A stretch of 64,000 nt of DNA from an uncultured Verrucomicrobiae bacterium (GTDB lineage: Bacteria > Verrucomicrobiota > Verrucomicrobiia > Chthoniobacterales > JAFAMB01), in assembly GCA_963837955.1 (NCBI GenBank), contig CAWIPH010000002.1, positions 4,448,001 through 4,512,000 of the forward strand. Reading direction: 5' to 3'. The notes under the pieces are model-generated. The model saw only the letters and a list, made by a program, of their open reading frames with translations. It ran no database searches and was not told the origin of the DNA. Positions within the stretch are counted from its first letter, which is position 1. Each line of letters opens with the position of its first letter. Shown piece by piece: positions 62,639 through 64,000 of this stretch. A program made the translations under genes and the position numbers.

Positions 62639-63586
62639 ATGATACCAAGACAAGCTCGCGCAGTGCTTAGTAATCAAGCGGTCTCCATGTTGCTAATTTT
62701 GATCGCGATGTGGTTTGTTCTATCGCTGCTCTCCCCTTATTTTTTTACTGTTGGCAATCTCTCGGAAATAACGCTGCAAACCGCGGTAATTGGCATTATC
62801 GCAGCGGGAGAAACCTTGATTATCATTTCCGGTGGGATTGACCTTTCGGTAGGCTCAATCTTTGCCTGTTCTGGAGTGCTGGGTGGATTGGTTTTCCAGA
62901 ATACGGCAAACTTGCCGGCTGCGCTTCTCACCACCATTATCTGCGGAGGGATACTTGGACTCGCCAACGGGTTTTTCATAACGCGGCTCCGAGTTCCACC
63001 CTTTATTGCTACTCTCGGGATGCTGGGTATCGCGCGAGGATTGGCTTTAATCTTCTCGCGGGGCATCCCTATTTTCGGTCTCAGCGAGCCGTACCTCTGG
63101 ATAGGTCAAGGGAAGGTCCTTAATTTCATCCCGGTTCCAACAATTATTATGTTGTTGGTGTTCGCTTCAGTTTTTTTCATCGCCCACTTCACCCGGTTTG
63201 GACGATTTACCTACGCGATTGGGAGCAATGCCGAGGCAGCGGTCCTCTCCGGCATCAATTTGAAATTTGTGACCCTATGCATTTATGCCGGGGGCGGACT
63301 CTTGTGCGGCGTAGCATCCATTATCGAAGCTGCTCGACTCGCGACAATCCAACCAGCTGGAGGTAGTGGTTATGAACTTTTGGCGATTGGTGCAGTGGTC
63401 ATCGGTGGCACCAGCTTGTTCGGCGGCGAGGGCAATGTCATCGCGACATTGATCGGAGCTATTATCGAAACGACGATCCGAAACGGTTTGAATCTCCTCG
63501 GCGTCAACGCCTTCTGGCAATACGTGGTGAACGGCGGCGTTATCATTGCCGCGGTGGCGGTAGACCAGTTGAAGAGGGTTGGCTGA
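62639..63586 (+). CDS. Sugar ABC transporter permease (RbsC type)
   Basis: GGIDLSVGS, PPFIATLG, AIGSN.EAA.LSGI, YEL.AI.AVVIGG. Confidence 0.95.
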   Translation: MIPRQARAVLSNQAVSMLLILIAMWFVLSLLSPYFFTVGNLSEITLQTAVIGIIAAGETLIIISGGIDLSVGSIFACSGVLGGLVFQNTANLPAALLTTIICGGILGLANGFFITRLRVPPFIATLGMLGIARGLALIFSRGIPIFGLSEPYLWIGQGKVLNFIPVPTIIMLLVFASVFFIAHFTRFGRFTYAIGSNAEAAVLSGINLKFVTLCIYAGGGLLCGVASIIEAARLATIQPAGGSGYELLAIGAVVIGGTSLFGGEGNVIATLIGAIIETTIRNGLNLLGVNAFWQYVVNGGVIIAAVAVDQLKRVG

Positions 63587-63868
63587 GAAATAGTCAAGGT
63601 TCGACCTCTGCTCTGGGGCCAACGAAATTCAATGCCCGGCGACGTCTCACAGATCACCGGTCGGTGGGAACACGCCCGCGCTCCCGTCACACCGCTCGGT
63701 ATACTGGGTGCCGCATCACCTTGCGACCAGGGCTTGCGCTCGCTGGTTACTGTTGAGCTGAGCGCAACGGCTACAATGGCACCTTTAGTATTGAAGTCAT
63801 GTCCAGAACCGATAGGCTCGGAGCGGGGTCAATACCGACCTTTCTTCCCCCCAAACGAAAGTCTGCGC

Positions 63869-64000
63869 ATGAAAAGTTTAACCCACTTTTTTCGATCTAC
63901 TTTATTCCCGCTTGCCGTTCTTCTGAGCTCGACTGGCGGTTTGTTCGCCCAAGAGAAAAGCCAAGGGACCATTGTCTTTATTCCCAAGTCAACGTCAGCC
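63869..64000 (+). CDS. Sugar ABC substrate-binding protein, N-terminus only (runs off the window)
   Basis: Manual translation MKSLTHFFRSTLFPLAVLLSSTGGLFAQEKSQGTIVFIPKSTSA: signal peptide then an I..IPK motif. Confidence 0.7.
   Translation, partial: MKSLTHFFRSTLFPLAVLLSSTGGLFAQEKSQGTIVFIPKSTSA

Noticed and set aside
1..64000. tRNA, rRNA or riboswitch genes
   Set aside because: No cloverleaf or conserved RNA motif recognised by eye; a covariance-model search would be needed to exclude small RNAs.

Overview
Bacterial genomic DNA. A PVC-superphylum, Verrucomicrobia-like soil organism is inferred from a PEP-CTERM protein, gene content and repeat style; this is not proven. Recognisable content: leuC-leuD; a complete biotin-independent malonate decarboxylase operon (mdcABCDE-AEC transporter-mdcGH); a LysR/azoreductase divergon; an AbrB-PIN toxin-antitoxin pair; a LacI + secreted glycosidase unit with a shared palindromic operator; the start of a sugar ABC operon; about 30 unrelated single genes; a truncated IS481-family element. 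Two things stand out. (1) A two-gene GrrM/OscB-type radical SAM RiPP locus (7259-8836) whose signal-peptide-bearing precursor carries 11 W-x-N/W-x-K motifs, including a darobactin-like WNWHK stretch. (2) Most intergenic spaces are nested mosaics of 6-, 7-, 8- and 9-mer tandem arrays and REP-like hairpins, arranged as inverted-repeat-bounded modules. These modules abut, truncate or supply the stop codons of many genes, so the region looks like a repeat-delimited gene-cassette landscape with no recombinase in the window. Several 1-nt frameshifts between 39 and 52 kb look like sequencing indels. All family assignments come from motif recognition by eye, not from database searches.
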